A stretch of 55,758 nt of DNA, filler included, from Sphacelaria rigidula (GCA_964200075.2; 4 parts of 4 records of this genome joined end to end with filler, not necessarily neighbours in it), one strand, 5' to 3'; counted from the whole stretch's first letter, positions 25,322-39,251 are shown. Notes: generated from the sequence alone by a model not told the origin. A program made the numbers and translations.

Positions 25322-27832
25322 GGAATGTTTCGCTATTTCACTGACATCGCATGAGTGCGGAAGGGTCGTATGTTCTCTCGCTCTTCCGGCATGTGTTTCT
25401 TCTTGAAACGTGTAGTGTGAGTTTCCCGATCTGTAGCGCGGTAACTATGAACGTGGCTACCCGTGATGCCGACGTTGTATGTTCGTTTTTTTACTGCATT
25501 ATGTGTGTTCAGCTTCGTTCAGTTTGTGGTTGCAATGGTTGACTGTGCTGGTCAAGTCGCAGCTGTTCCGGCTGCCTTTTAGTAGCAGGTCAGATTGATG
25601 TATGAATACACTTTTATCCAGCATCTCCCTGTCTAGCCGTGTATTGTCTACTATATATTCCCCGGGAAAGCTTCCCTGTGTTTTCTTCAGCTGGGGTCGT
25701 TGATTATTCTGATTATTCGTCGGCTCCTGTTGTTGATTGAATTGTTGAATCACTCTTCCCTCGTTCCGGGACTGGCTTGGAATTTCCCTGCTCGGAAAAC
25801 CATTGTGCTGACAGGGGTATCGGGGTTATTTTGTGCATGTATCGTGCGTCGTGAAGGCCGACCTGGAAATAAACGCGGGTCGTTATTGAAACCCCACGTC
25901 GGCACGAGAGGAGGCGTTTCGAGGTTTTCGGCCCGGAATGGCAAGAACGTATATTCTGGCGGCAGGCAGCGGCTTGTGTTGCTCTTGGATTACAGCATTT
26001 GCGCGCAGTGCTCAGCCGTGGGATGTTTCACATTGGGATCATTCTCTAGACGAAAGCACGCATCTCCGGTAGCAAACGCTCACCTATGGTGGTCACCGTT
26101 GGGCTCGTTTTTTTTTTTGTATTGCAGTGGCTGGGCTGCAGTTGTAGGCGGTGTGTCTGGGGACGTGAGTGTATGTCGAGCTAAGTATGATTGCCTTCGT
26201 AAGTATATGTATGCGTGCTTGCGCTTATTGCTTCAACTGTAGCAAGCTGCTACTTTAGGTAAATAGCAGCACTAGATGCAGTATGTCACGAGGTGGGGGT
26301 GGAACGTTTTTGCCGGCAATTTTGTCACCGGGGGACGACAAATCACAATACAGCTGGTGTGTACATTGTGTTCGGTTATATATTGTGAGTCGGGTTGGTT
26401 GTTAAAAATGGAATTTTCCAAGCCACCCAACCTATAGTTCATTGAATACAGAGCGTGAGACACCTGGAGTGAGTGTAAGCTCGCTCACGCTCTATATTCT
26501 GTCACCTATCATTATACCTCAAGCCGACTCGGGTTTCTGTTGGGTTTCTGTCGCATGAAGGACGCCTTGGTGTTGAAGTACCCGCTCCTGCAGCAATCAG
26601 TGTTGTCTGTATTTTCGCCCGGTGAGGTGCTCTCGAAATAAAGTCAGTGATGTGTAGGATAACATGCCGCACGAAAAAGACGACGTTCCAGCAATCGTGC
26701 ACCAACCAATATTTTCATATCGATATTTGAGCAGATCCAGACAACGTTGCATGATGCTTCCACTCGCATCATAATGTGACACGCACATCATGAGACTCCT
26801 CACTGATTCCAAGGAAGTAAACAGCTGTACGCCGTGTTGCGGCAGAAAAACAGAACGGCTTGTTGATCACCAGCATGATGACATGCCTTCCCAACCTATT
26901 CCAGTTGGTTCTAAACCCCAATACACCGATGAATCATCACCCCCCCCCGATGCAACCGACAAGACTCAACCGACAGAGAATACGCCGAAGGTAGAAACAA
27001 CACATGCTGGGTGATTCTTCTTGTCTAATTCCAGTAGTCAACAGCAACGCGCTTGCGGCTTGACTGGCGGGGTAATTCTATCACGTGATACTTGATATAC
27101 TTTTTCATCCCCCTGAGAGTCGAGATAAACCTACTGTGCGGCTACAGAGTGCTCTACGCGCAGGATGCGCCACGGGTCGGCCGCCCGACAACACGCTGCT
27201 TGCTCCCGGTTACACGAGTAACACTGCGGCCAGAAACCGTTCGGGAGGATACCCTGGAAGTCGCCCCGCTCCATGATTTCCCCTCATCATGCAGGAATGA
27301 ATCGATACCCGGATCACCACCGATTTCATGGGCGGCAAGCGGCGCCCGCGGTTGGGACCGGCTGCTTCGAGAGCGAGCATCGTCGGGGGTCAGTGGTGGT
27401 GTCTTTTTTGTTGTACCGCCATCAGTTCGGCTGCTGTGGTTTAGTAGCTTAGTGAGCTGTGGTGGCCACGGTTGACGGATCGTGGCATTGAGTCGTTGCT
27501 GGCCTGGTAGGGTTTTCATTGGGGACTCTGTTGCTCCCCTGCGTTCTTGGCCAAGCGTGTTGAATTTTTTGCTAACTCTTGTGCCATTGTCCTTGTGCAA
27601 ACTTGGTAGATGGGTCGAGGAGGGAGCTTGGCGACCGGGGCTGGTACAATCTGAAGAGAGAGAGATGGGGGTTATCAGTTCGCAACGCCATCGCGAGGAA
27701 GGTATACGCCAAAGTTTAGGTTGGAAACACTCGGAATCATCTCATCACCATTCAAGATAAGAGCGATGCTACGGTAGGGGTGCACTTTTTTCGCGAAATT
27801 TTGTCTGGTTCAGGGGCTCCTAACGATTCTAG

Positions 27833-27932
27833 NNNNNNNNNNNNNNNNNNNNNNNNNNNNNNNNNNNNNNNNNNNNTTAATTAATTAANNNNNNNNNNNN
27901 NNNNNNNNNNNNNNNNNNNNNNNNNNNNNNNN
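27833..27932. other. Assembly gap pad
   Basis: Same 100-nt N/TTAATTAATTAA construct. Confidence 0.97.
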
Positions 27933-29060
27933 ATTCTCATTTCAAAATACGTTCTCATTTTTCTGGCAACCCTGTTATATGGGGTGGTACGTGAGCAGAA
28001 CCAAATCAATGCGGCGAAAGTAGCCAGGGCAAACATTGTGTTGGATGATGCGGTAAGCAATCGTCCGGTGTGGAAAGGAGGTCAATGAGCATGGGTGTAC
28101 AACGATGTGTAAATCGTCACTCAAAGGGCTAGCTCCAATAAGTCTTCGTTAGGTAAGGTGTTGAAATCGAATCTATCGTTGAATTGAACTGGTCCTCGGA
28201 AAATCTTGGCAGTTGGGCCCTGCCATACCGCACCTGACAATAGTCCGGTAGGCGAGAAACTTTTGTTTTGGGATTTTCCCACTGATGAACCCGGCGTCAA
28301 ACCCAAAAACCGAGGTTCGATGCTTAGGTGTAAACCGTGTCTGCCCCCACATGACACAGTTGACATGCCCAAACAATTGTCAATGTGGCTCAGTCCAACT
28401 ATGCGGCCAAAGCTCCGCCGTATCGCATGACGGTTGAAGATGCCAACGGACTTCTTGAGCGTGTGGAGTGGATCTCATCTCGGACCATCAATTAGTCCGG
28501 GGTCGGGGAGGTAAAATAGCGACCATGTATCAGGCACACTGAAATGGTATTTTGGTGTCACGTGGGAACAGAAAGTTGATTTGCGCCATTTTCGAAGAGA
28601 AATGCTGTTGCATTGGGTAGGAGATGCTGTACAACACCGTCCGTTGAACAAACGCTATAGGTCCATGCGAAAGGGAGCAGAGGCTCGTGAGCTGGCACTG
28701 GAGTACTCTGTGCGGTTCGTCATCGCCGGCTATAGCCTTGTTTCTCGTTTGCAATACTTCGGCTCCTTTTGTAAGAAGCGCTTACCGAAAGGCGCGTATT
28801 TTTGGAACAAAGCAATGGATTCGCGGTGGTAGCTGGGAAAACTTCATTTATTTGATTGATCCTGCAGCGGAAAACTCCTACTTCATTTGTTTCCTCGGTA
28901 ACCCGGGGCCCCTCAAAATCCGCCTCGACGACGACTACTGTACAGAGGTGCCAACCGCCCGCCGAGGATCTTGGTGCCTACAGCGACACGACAAAGGGGA
29001 CATTGACAAACCTGTCTTACGCAATCCCGACACGGCGTGGGACACTGATGAAGCTTGATA
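27933..29060 (+). mobile_element. Decayed Ty3/Gypsy LTR retrotransposon, 3' end of pol (post-integrase/chromodomain-like region), cut on the left by an assembly gap
   Basis: Frameshifted pieces 'SLNxTGPRKILAVGPC...RCKPCLPPHD..DMPK', 'REMLLHWVG..QHRPLNKRYRSMRKGAEAREL', 'FLGNPGPLKIRL...RRGSWCLQRH' match the C-terminal pol motifs I recognise from brown-algal Gypsy elements; stops and frameshifts are present. Confidence 0.8.
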
Positions 29061-29896
29061 GTGCTCGTGCTTTCCGATTTCTTCGCCAAGCAAGGTCTAC
29101 ATCTGCAGTACAAGCCATTCGATGACCAGTTGCATGGAATTCATCATACCCATTCGTGTTCGTACTACTTTCACTCCAGACTGAACACAACGATCGTGGT
29201 GGCATACTGCCTAGTACAGAAGCGTGAGCTGTAGTTGTTAGCCCACCAATGCCAAGTACCGAGTTGTGGCTCAGTAAGAGTGGCTTGTAGAGTCCGCTAT
29301 GGCCGTCCCTGATAATGAAATATGTAAGGGTAACGGCCTAAAAAAGGTCGGCCTTCTCGTTTTTCGCGTAGAAAAGGCACGAAAAATGACCACAAACTCG
29401 AAAACGGCAAAACGAGTCGTTTCAAGCGATTTCGTTCTGAATTCGTCACGCACATCTTTCGGGGGGGTCATTGGCACCCGGACCTCGGAAAACCCCCCAA
29501 AAAAACAAGTTACTCCCGAGATAGGGCCACGCGAAAACGGACGTCTCGCCTCCAGAAACCGCTTACCTTTTCTAGGCCAGATTTCGGTCAGGTATACCTG
29601 ATCTAGGACTCTTGTTTCCGAACGTACCTTATCTAGGACATCGAGCGGCTGAGGACGTACCTGCGCTAAGTCATCGCTCTCTATACTGTACCTGATGCGG
29701 CACATCGCGCGCAAGGGAGTCTACGCGCCAACTCCAACCATGGCGCCCACGCATTCGGCTCTTTTCCCGCTCAGTTGCCGTCCACCGACGCCACAACGAC
29801 AACGCCCCTTTCTCCCGGGAAATGGTTCCCGTGTCTCGCCGCATCAGCACACTGATTGGATTCAAAACTTAAAGCGCGTCGGCCTTTTGTGATCCC

Positions 29897-31107
29897 GGGG
29901 GCTGTGGAACACCGCACCGTTGCGATCTCGGGGCCGGTGTCAGAGTCAAGCTAGGCTCTTCCGTCACCGACGGGCGATTGTCGCATCATCAATGGTTGGT
30001 TCAAGCAATAGATACAGTACTGGCCGTCACGCATATAGAAATAGGGACAGAACAGCAATAACATCAAATCAGCGCGCGCCTTCAAGTTCACGTAGTATTG
30101 CGATCCGACAAGGTCTGATCAAACAAAGTTCCAAACTGTACAGTAGTCCTGTCCTTCTCTGCACCTTTTAGTCATTCGCACATCTTCTGCGGACACTATC
30201 TGAACTTCTCGCTGGCCGTTGGTGATTGCTATGCACGGTCCCGATAGACGTGATGGGTGTGTCGACCCTTAGACCGCGACGATATCCGTCTGGGTCATGC
30301 ATTTTTTTTCTAGTGAAATCGATGCCGATTCAACAGATGACCTATTCTCGCCATCTAAGGATTAACCCTTGGACCGCTATGCGGGTAGTCAATTTGGATG
30401 ACAACACCTTTTTCAATTGAATTTGACGCTGATTCAGCACGTGACCTGCCATCGCGATCAATAGGTCGACGGGCGTTGGGCTAAAAATGTTCATGGCTGA
30501 TTTTACTTGGTTTGAGTGTGTACAACGAGAATCAGCTCTTTAGTAGGGCTGACGGTCCGGTGTGCTCCTCGCATGCGCTAAACGTGTTATCGTTGAAATC
30601 GGTGCCACAGGCCCCGATTTGGGGTCTATCAAGGCCGCACTTGGCCAGGGGAATGCTATGTACCGCCCTTGCCCGAGGATTCTCGGTATGCGATGGGTTG
30701 GGGTTAGGGTTAGGGGTAGTGACCCTTGTAGAATTACGTCAACCATGGATATTTGTAGCCCAACGCCAGTTAACTCTTTTACCGCGATGCGGGTAGTCCA
30801 TATGGATCACGCATACTTTTCCCAGTGAAAGTGATGGCGATTCAGCAGGTGACCTACCCTCGCGGTCTCAGGGTTAACTGACCTCGGTCCGCGAGTGTTT
30901 TCGTTAGGTGCACGTTACTCTGTGCTGTAGCGCTGGATGCTATTTTTGTTCTGTCCCTATTTCTATATGCGTGACGACCAGTACTGTATCCGTTGCTTGA
31001 ACCAACCATCGATGGTGCGACAATCATCCGTTGGTGGCGGAAGAGCCTAGCTTGACCCTGACACCAGCCCCGAGATCGCAACGGTACGGGGTTCCACAAA
31101 AGCCCCA
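29897..31107. repeat. Inverted repeat pair of about 170 bp (29897-30065 and 30937-31107)
   Basis: ORF-track entries 29920+ and 31099- translate almost identically (QARLFRH...SMVGSSN.YSTGRHAYRNRDRT). Confidence 0.9.
30263..30877. mobile_element. Cluster of about 100-bp piggyBac-like mini elements (TTAA|CCCT...AGGG|TTAA)
   Basis: Clean copy 30774-30873 between TTAA at 30770 and 30874; two head-to-tail diverged copies at 30263-30365 and 30362-30470. Confidence 0.78.
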
Positions 31108-34100
31108 GCGTTGATTAAATGTTTGAGGCGAGCCTGAGTCAGGTAATGCAGGAGCCATTAAAGGGCATGCTAAATATATTCCACTGTATACACCTATTTC
31201 TGTTGTAAGGGAGGCATCATCCATAACTGTAGTTCGACTGACTAGATCCGATCCAAATTCTGGCAAGAAGTTCGTGGACAAATCGTTTTGGCGATTGTGA
31301 GCAGCGGTTTTGAAATACGCACGCAGATGATCCTTTGGGACAAGATTTTTGTCCGAAGGTTGGTCGGGGCACGGAATGTCTTCTACAGTTGTTGGTGAAT
31401 CCGTTGAATGCTGAATTTCGTATACTGTAAGAGATGGACGATGCCTGGGGAGGGCAGTTGTCGTGGATGAACGCGACAACTGTTTCGTTTGGTTTGAGGT
31501 ACCTTGGTCGGCCGCAACATGTGGCGAAGCGTCAGTTTGCGCAGCTGGGAGGGTACAGGATCTAGGACGGGCAAACGAGGGGACGATTCGGCACAGGGCG
31601 GAGGAGATTTGGCTACACTAGTCAACGCGCTACCCGTGTTAGGTGGAGCCAACATTGATACATTAGGGGACGAGTGGTCAGACGTGGACGGCTCAGCGGT
31701 CACCACGCTATGTTTTCCTTGTGATGAAGGCTCAGACGGGGGGGTTTTCATGATAAGGAGACGAACGCCCAAATGGCAGCGAGGTAACCGACCCAAGAGA
31801 TGACAACGCTAATTCAGTGGTGGGTTCTAACATAGTGTGCGAGGGGTCGGGAGCAGTGTTGAGCTGTTCAAAATGTGGGAAAGACCGGCCTGGTCGACTG
31901 TACCGCCTTCATCTGATGAAACCCACACCCGCTTACAACCGTGGTGGGCGGGATCAACTGCGCCATCAGGGATATCTACTGTGCCATCCGGAGGAGCCCA
32001 CCGACGGTGACGCGTACAGCGCACCAAAGGTTCGGCTGCTGCGGGGGCTATTGGGAACTGGACAAGGATAGTACGCCCTCGGTCACGCTCATGGCGCTTC
32101 ACCGGCGCTGTTACTTGGGGTTCCTTCCCAAACCGCTGAGCTACGGAAAGCGAGGGTTTGTTACAGTTGCGCTCCGTGCACGAAATATTATGCTCACCAA
32201 ATAAAGGGGACCGGGCACAGACACAATTTCGTTCGTGGGTGTAACGGGGTTCGGCTCACCACCTAAGCCCGTTTGGGGGCTGGTGTGTGGCCTTGAGTTT
32301 AATATCCTACGATGAGCGGTCGCACGGGTAACAGCTACCGCGCCAAAAGATGTACCTGCTGACTTGGAGTTAAAACTGAGTGTACAGCTCCAGATTCAAA
32401 ACATCAGGGTTGATCATTATTGGGAGCCATGCAACGGCGCACGGGGTTCTGCTGCCATGGAACCCATCATGACAGTCTCATCGAAGCCAGCGTACCCGCA
32501 CCACAAATATGAACCTGTGCCGATCGATATTCATCCAGTTCTGTGATGTGTGTCTACTGGCCGAGCGAAAGAAAAGGGTGGGGTACTTCCGCGGAGTTGT
32601 GCTGATCATCGTTGGCTTCCTAATGTGGGCCTGTGACAGACAATGGGGAATGAACAGAAAATGTAATCAGAACGTTCAAAGGGGGACCGCTCAATTACGG
32701 TAACAGTCACACATTCGGGGTTATCCCACTGTGTGCTATTCGGAAACGCGGGATTTCGTACATTCCCAAAACACCGTCAGGTGGTGCGTTTGGCATCAGT
32801 GGAGGAACGTTTTTTTTCCAGGCAGGGTTCAGCCGGTGCGGCAGTTCCCGTTGTGAACGGTTGACGACCATCTTGTGACTGATTCTGCATTTGAGGATGA
32901 AAAGCGCCAGGAGGAGGACGGGGAAGGCTCATGCAGGCAGCGCCAGCCGGCTGAGTCTGCTAGTATGACTGTTGGTACTGGTTGTGGGGGCGCGAGGGTC
33001 ATCACCAAAGTGGCGATTTCCGCACCATGGGTGTTGGTCTGAATTGCGGGCGTCGCCAGATTGACGACTGTGGTGAGAACGCATACGCGCTTGACAAGCC
33101 CGCCAATAGTGTGAATATTGTGGTTCGAGGAACATCGGATTAAGTACACCAAAAGCAATCGTGAACGGTTCTTCACAATTGCGCATTGGGTAAATGAGGG
33201 GGCGGCCGGCCGTGGAGTACCTCGTCTGTTCATTGAACCAAATACCACAGTTTAGGCAGCAGTTTTTGCAACGGCGAATCAATTCAGTCCTCAGGTTAGG
33301 ATTCACATTACGATTTTTTTCATGCAAGTGCTAACTTGGAAAACCTCAGGCAACGTTTCTGCCGCGAAGGGCCAACTTAGGAATCGACTGACAAACGCGT
33401 CAGGGTGCTGTACAGGCGCTGTGGACATGGCCTCACCAGTTGTGGCCATGGAGCCAGGAACCCACGCAGGGTAACTCCCCTTAGCGCGAGTAGACTACGG
33501 TCGTGACGCAGTAGGTGCGGACACCGAAAGGACGGGAGAGTGGCGGAAACATGGGCATTGCCGCCGCTCGCAAGGGTGCCAATTTGTTGTGCATCCGTCG
33601 CATCTATCACCGGGGTCCGGTTTGACCGCAATCCATCTGACTGTCTCCACATACAGTTGAGGACGGGAAACGGTATCGAAGCGGTTGCCGTATCGCCCAC
33701 AAATACATTCGACATCAGACTAGGATACTGGCGTCCCATACTGGAACGAAAAATAGCCATGACCATCTCTTGTGTAGAGACTAGCTCATGCCCACTGTCA
33801 ACCGTGACAGTAATCAACGTACGACGCTGCTTTAGATACTGGTCGATTCACCGGTATCTTGAACGTAAGAAGGCGTTCGATTGATTCGCCTTCATAGTTG
33901 ATATCAAGTGAGGAACTGATCAATCTGAGTAGCAATGTAAAAGCGTCATATCCGCTGGTACCGAGCGTGAGGGTACGTGCGACTTGGTCGAAGTGAGTGT
34001 CGAGCATGGTGGACAGCTTGGTAGCCTGCGGGGAGCCAAAGTCGAGGGCATCCTCTAGCGCTTGGTGTAGCGGACGAAGCCATCCGTTGACGCGCGTACT

Positions 34101-34943
34101 AGACTCCAGGTCGACGAACTGCTTATCACAGGTTGAAAGGATAACATTCTTCACAGATTTCAAGGATTGTCGTAGTTGACTACATGACAGACCTACGCCG
34201 GATTCCGGTGGAAACGGAAGGGAAGGCTGAACCTTACCCACGAACGTGAGATCTAGATTTTGATATGAACTGCGCACGCTTGACGGGTTACGGGGCGGGA
34301 GTGGCGGGGACGGGCTGCTAGGTGGTGGAGAGTTTTTAGAGGATGTAGACTGTACACGTTCGGTGGTGTTTTTGGTTAAATCTTGCTCTTTCTTTACCTC
34401 GATCGCTGCATTTCTCTGTTTGCCGACATTAGAAGGAAGAGGGAGAAAATCGGCGAAGGTAGGCGGCGCAGAACGGGAGGGAGGGACACGCGTGTCATCA
34501 GAGGATCCCCCGGTACTGGCCGACTCACTGTCGGATTGGAAGGACACAGGCTTGGACTTGTTAGCCGATTTGCGAACAGAAGTTGAAGGAGGATGTCGCG
34601 ACCGCGGCTGGTTCGTCCGCGCGGTCACACCACTATCCTCAGTTCTGTTTTTCTTCTTGCCTTGTATGTGCCATCCATCGACACCATCTGACGACTTAGT
34701 CCCCATGCTACCTGTCTGGGAATTACTGAATGTGGAGCTGATAGGCGGAGCTCCACCATCGTAAAGGCGGTCTGTACCACCAACAGTGTTTTGCATTTGT
34801 TGTGCTGCCATGAATTGGTCGTGTTCGTAGACGGTCGTGCGAGTATGTTCGATCGCTGTGAACAATCCGATGAGAGGGTGTACACATCCTTGTTGGATTT
34901 CGCGACTAGTGTCGGAGGGAGGTTGGGATTGAACAGCTTGCAC
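30937..34943 (-). mobile_element. Decayed LTR-retrotransposon gag(-protease) region; may extend to about 37600
   Basis: 381-aa ORF 34943-33798 frameshifts into 'QYPSLMSNVFVGDTATASIPF...MWRQ...NRTPVID', then a zinc-knuckle-like 'CCLNC...C..PF...GVLNP...QARM' (about 33270-33080) and a protease-like 'DSGSPQTF' (about 31140). No RT visible. Upstream ORF 37535-36807 is co-oriented and degenerate. Confidence 0.6.
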
Positions 34944-36139
34944 TATCGCTGCGAGCGTAACTATTTTGCGGTGGTGAGGGAACCCGGTGAGGAGAGCGTA
35001 GCTTTCTCAGTAACGGGGACAGGGAGTCGCCGTGCCTGACACACCTAACGCAAGAGATTGGGGTAATCATTGACGGAAGTCATATAGAGGAACAGCCGTT
35101 GAGGTTTCCACACCGGAAAGGTCCAATGTGTTAGGGCGGGGGTTCTTGGCTACGATCTCAGGGGCTGACGGTGCCATAGAATTCGATTTGTTGGCCGCCA
35201 TGGCATATGTCGGAGGTCGTGGTTGGGGGGGGGGGGAAGGGGGGGGTTGCGTGGTGTTTGAGTTGCACCCCGGACAAAGTCGTATATCCCGTCGCAGTTG
35301 TCTGCAACGGGATCGGGGGAAGGTCTGTGGCTACCGTAGCTAAATGAGGCAGAGCGGGTGTATGTTGGAAATATTTGTGGCTCGTGGTGTTGGGTACTGT
35401 TCTCGAAATAGACCGACTACCGTCGCAGAGACAGTAGTATAGCAGAGGTTGCACAATTGCAGTCAAGCTACTTGCTTCTGCAGCAGACATAAAGTCCAAA
35501 GAAAATATGGTGTCTAGGGCTCTTCACTTCGGCCGAACAAAATCAAGCAGCTTCTTTTGCAAGCAGAGTGCTGAGGAAATGAAAAAGAGCTGGGTAAGCT
35601 GGGTAAGCTTGCGAGAGGGATTGCAAGGGTGATAGGAAGCACCGATTACAGACATGCTCAATCCTGGAAGAAGAAGCAAACACTCTACACGTACGTAGGG
35701 TCTAATCTTATCATTCGATTCAACCCCGCTACTGGTGACGCGGTAACCTTGTCAGTTCTTTAGCTTGGATCAACTGCAAAACTTGCACACAAGATATGTT
35801 TTAGCTCACGTGGCCCAAATACTCTGCTAGAGTATCTTTCATTGACAAATCATGGCAACACGCCTACTCCAGCAATATCCTACTTGGAGCGTCATTCAAA
35901 CAGTTAAGCCATACGTTAACACAAAAGAGGTAATCTCCGTGAAAAGGATACAAATGAAACGGTCTTGCATGGTTCGTTGTTTCGTTGAACCGTAACAGAT
36001 TGTACCACTATCTTTTGTTGCAACGACTTCATTCAAACACAATGAATATAGACTGCATCGTCTAGATTTTTGCAACGGTGTAGACGGGTGGAGTTAGTGG
36101 ATTAAGGGTCAGGTTTATCACTAGTCTCGACTTAATCTT

Positions 36140-36490
36140 GAGTGTGTGTGTTGTCGTCCCATCTATTCTGGGCGCCGGTCTACACCTTTCAATATACGTG
36201 GGCGCACCAGCCGGGGTCAGACAGGAAGGTCAACACAGGGGCTTTCTTCTTTTCCATTTGTTTTTAGTACCCCACCTTCCTTGCTTGCCTTTATGTTTTA
36301 CCGCGAGAGGGGTTCAGTAGTCCCTTTCCCTCGTCGACCGCTGAGTCGAATTTCGTGTACCCACGACACAGTCGCTCTCCACTCTTGAGCATGGTGTGAG
36401 GAAAAATCCCAGATCGCTCCGAGATTCGAACCCACGACCCAACGGTCAGGTGGTTTCGAGGTTACCAACTGAGCCACCGGAGGGACCGGC
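36140..36490 (-). mobile_element. tRNA-derived SINE, type A, full length
   Basis: Minus-strand head GGTGGCTCAGTTGGTAACC (A box) ... GGTTCGAATC (B box), shared body and CA-rich tail; homologous to 15342-15752 and 53281-53650. Confidence 0.88.
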
Positions 36491-39251
36491 TGAGTAAGTA
36501 GGCGTAACTGGCGTAGCTACTCTTCAAGTGTAGATTGTGACGACGAGATTCGCACGGTGGATTGTTCGGCAGTGAAATTGTGGTGGTAAATTGCCTTTGA
36601 TAGTGCAGTTCTGCCGCACGGAGGCTCTTGGCTGATTGACCAAGGAGGCGAGCCTCCTTGCGTTGGTCTTCCGCCAGAGCCTTTCGTTTTACGTCAGCTT
36701 CACGACGAACGGACGTCAGTATTTGAGCGCGTTCAAAGGCGTCACGGCTCTTACGCTCCGTCTGCGCTTGAGTGGTCTGGGCAAGTAAGTCGGCCCAACA
36801 TGCGGCTTATTTTGCGTGGGTAAATTTCTCCCATATGTGAGCTGGAATAGCCAAGGGGCGACTGTGTTGGAAGTTCGATTTGGCATTGTCTCTCACTTTC
36901 TTGGGATGGCGCGCAGACGGGAATGTTTCCGTCGTGCGAGCAATATCTAGAGTAACAGTAGCTGAGGTCCCCACAGCAGCAGAGCCGCCGGAGGCCGTTG
37001 CTGACGGGGAAATATTGACAGAGATATGGTTACCACTGCTGATGTCCGTCAAGATACTGTGGTCATCTGTAGCAGCAACGGTGGCAGCATTCAGGGAGAG
37101 ATCAATTCCTCCATACATGTCGATGGCTGCGCCTGTGGCTACAGCACCCGGATTAAGGATATGGGCATTAACGTTCTCCTCACTATTCTCGGCCAACTGA
37201 TCATGAGCGTAAATGTCCAACCTAGTAACTGATTCCCCGCTTTCCGAGGAGTGCAAGCCGTCTTCGATGGAACCGAGAGCAGGAGAAGCCGATGAACTGT
37301 CGGCGTCAGACATGCTTTGCTTACCTGCGCGTTTGCGCAATACAGGCATTGTAGAAATCAGGACGTTGATTAGTGATCGAAGCGTTGTATTGTGGAAAAA
37401 AGGGGGGTTCACGTTACTACCCGGGTGCGAAAGGGTGGGCAGGGGCGGCAACTCAATCCGAAAACGTACTGCAGACTGGGCTACAACTACATCGTGAGTT
37501 GGTACCTGTGAATCTGCTGTCCAGACTGGCACCACGACACGGACTGTATTATTACTGTGGAGGGAAAAGGGCGCGGCACAGGAGGATCATGTACTATAGA
37601 TGGGGGTGACATGCAAAGTGTACAGAGCGGTTGGGTGTACGAGAGTGCCTCTGAAATCGTTTGAAATGTCAGTGCGGGCGGGTGTAGACGCGGTAAAATC
37701 GTCTACAGACAGACTCTGAAGGCTCGGAATCACAGAATGTGAATCAGGCTGGTGCGCAAGAGGTGCCGCGCCGCAGACGAAAGAGTTCTTGTACAGGAGG
37801 GCGTCAGGTCGAAAACAGAAACGTGGTATGTTGGAGTGTGGGGCCAACCGACGTGGAAAAGTGGTTGGGGGGGAAGGAGGGAGTCGCGTTTAATACGAAA
37901 AAGTATATGATCGGGTGACAACACAACAGTGTAAAGAGTCACAAAAGTATGTACTTGTGTAATGACTGTGTTACCGGAGTTGGGGCGGGCACGCGTATGT
38001 GTATCTTCACCAAGTGCACACGCACGGGTGCGTTCACGACGAACGCGGCGCATTATGCGTGCATCGATGTCAAGGGGGGGATCACGTGACACATCCTTAC
38101 TCATTGCGGAGGCTGTGTGCAATCTTACAAGGGGCCGAGCTCAGCAGTCCGGACAAAAACAAAAACACACGGGCGGAGGGTTGCACACTCACTGAACAAG
38201 AGCTGGGAGCTGCGCAGTCAGACAGAAACACCTACAAGCCCCTTGCACAGGCGAGACAATGAACCAACCACCGCCAGTGCAAAGCACTAGAGATACAGCA
38301 ACTCAAACATACTATGCAGACAGAGAAGGTTAAGCTGAAAGCCCCAAGCGTCAAGTGTCAAATGGAAACGGTTGTCACCCTAGCTGCTCAAAGACAGAAG
38401 CATGATATCTTCCAAGGATCACGTCTTCTCTTACTGTATGCTTGCGGGCTGTGTTTGCTGGCCGGGTGTTATTCATCAACGTGTACGAAATATGAAAAAA
38501 GCAATAGAAATATAAAATACACTCAGGAACCTACTTAGTCGTCTTGTTTCTGAGGGTTCAAACACCAAAGCCGGGGACAGTTAAATGAGCAGTAGTATCA
38601 GACGCTGAAAGAAGTGATTGATTAACCACTACTGTACTGCTGAAAGTCAAGGAGACGAAGAGAGAGAGTGCGGACGGGAGGGGGGTCGTGCAAAGACCTG
38701 GTATCCGACCCCGAAGACATGTCTTCACTCAAAGTTATAACTCAATATCTTGTAACAAAGCTACTTTAAACCCCCAATCCGTATATATCTATTGTTCACT
38801 CTGATCATTCCACGTCATACCACATCCAATAGTGACCATTGCGCACTTGTTTCCGAAGCTGGGCGCTCAACTATAAGCCCAAAATATACACTCTTCGTAC
38901 CCGCTGGTCTGTATGCAGAAACGTCTCAGCACCTGCAATCTTCATCACATAACATCGCCCCAATCACGACCATCAAACAAAGCCGAGACATAACCCACAG
39001 CAGCATCCACGATTTTCCAACAAGTAGGTATTTAGTACGTGTTCGGGGGATGGTGTGCATTACGACCATAATAATTGAAGGGGGAAAGGCATAAGGAAGA
39101 AAATGTAAACTAAACGAAAAATTACGTTTCGTCCCTTCGAGGAGGAGAGGGTGCGGGGGGAGGTACGCAGGTGTGCGGCGCTGCGGTATCTTTTACCGTG
39201 CACCCCTGCGGATACTGACGATTTTCGGTGTGAGCAATCCCTGCAGCACTG

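Noticed and set aside
30694-30716. Interstitial telomere
   Set aside because: Only about two perfect TTAGGG units, forming the end of a dispersed repeat.
29897-31107. DIRS-type element defined by inverted terminal repeats
   Set aside because: No tyrosine recombinase, RT or internal complementary region between the repeats, only mini-element arrays.
36400-36490. tRNA genes at the A/B-box sequences
   Set aside because: No complete cloverleaf is evident; each head continues into a shared repeat body, usually with a CA tail, i.e. SINEs.
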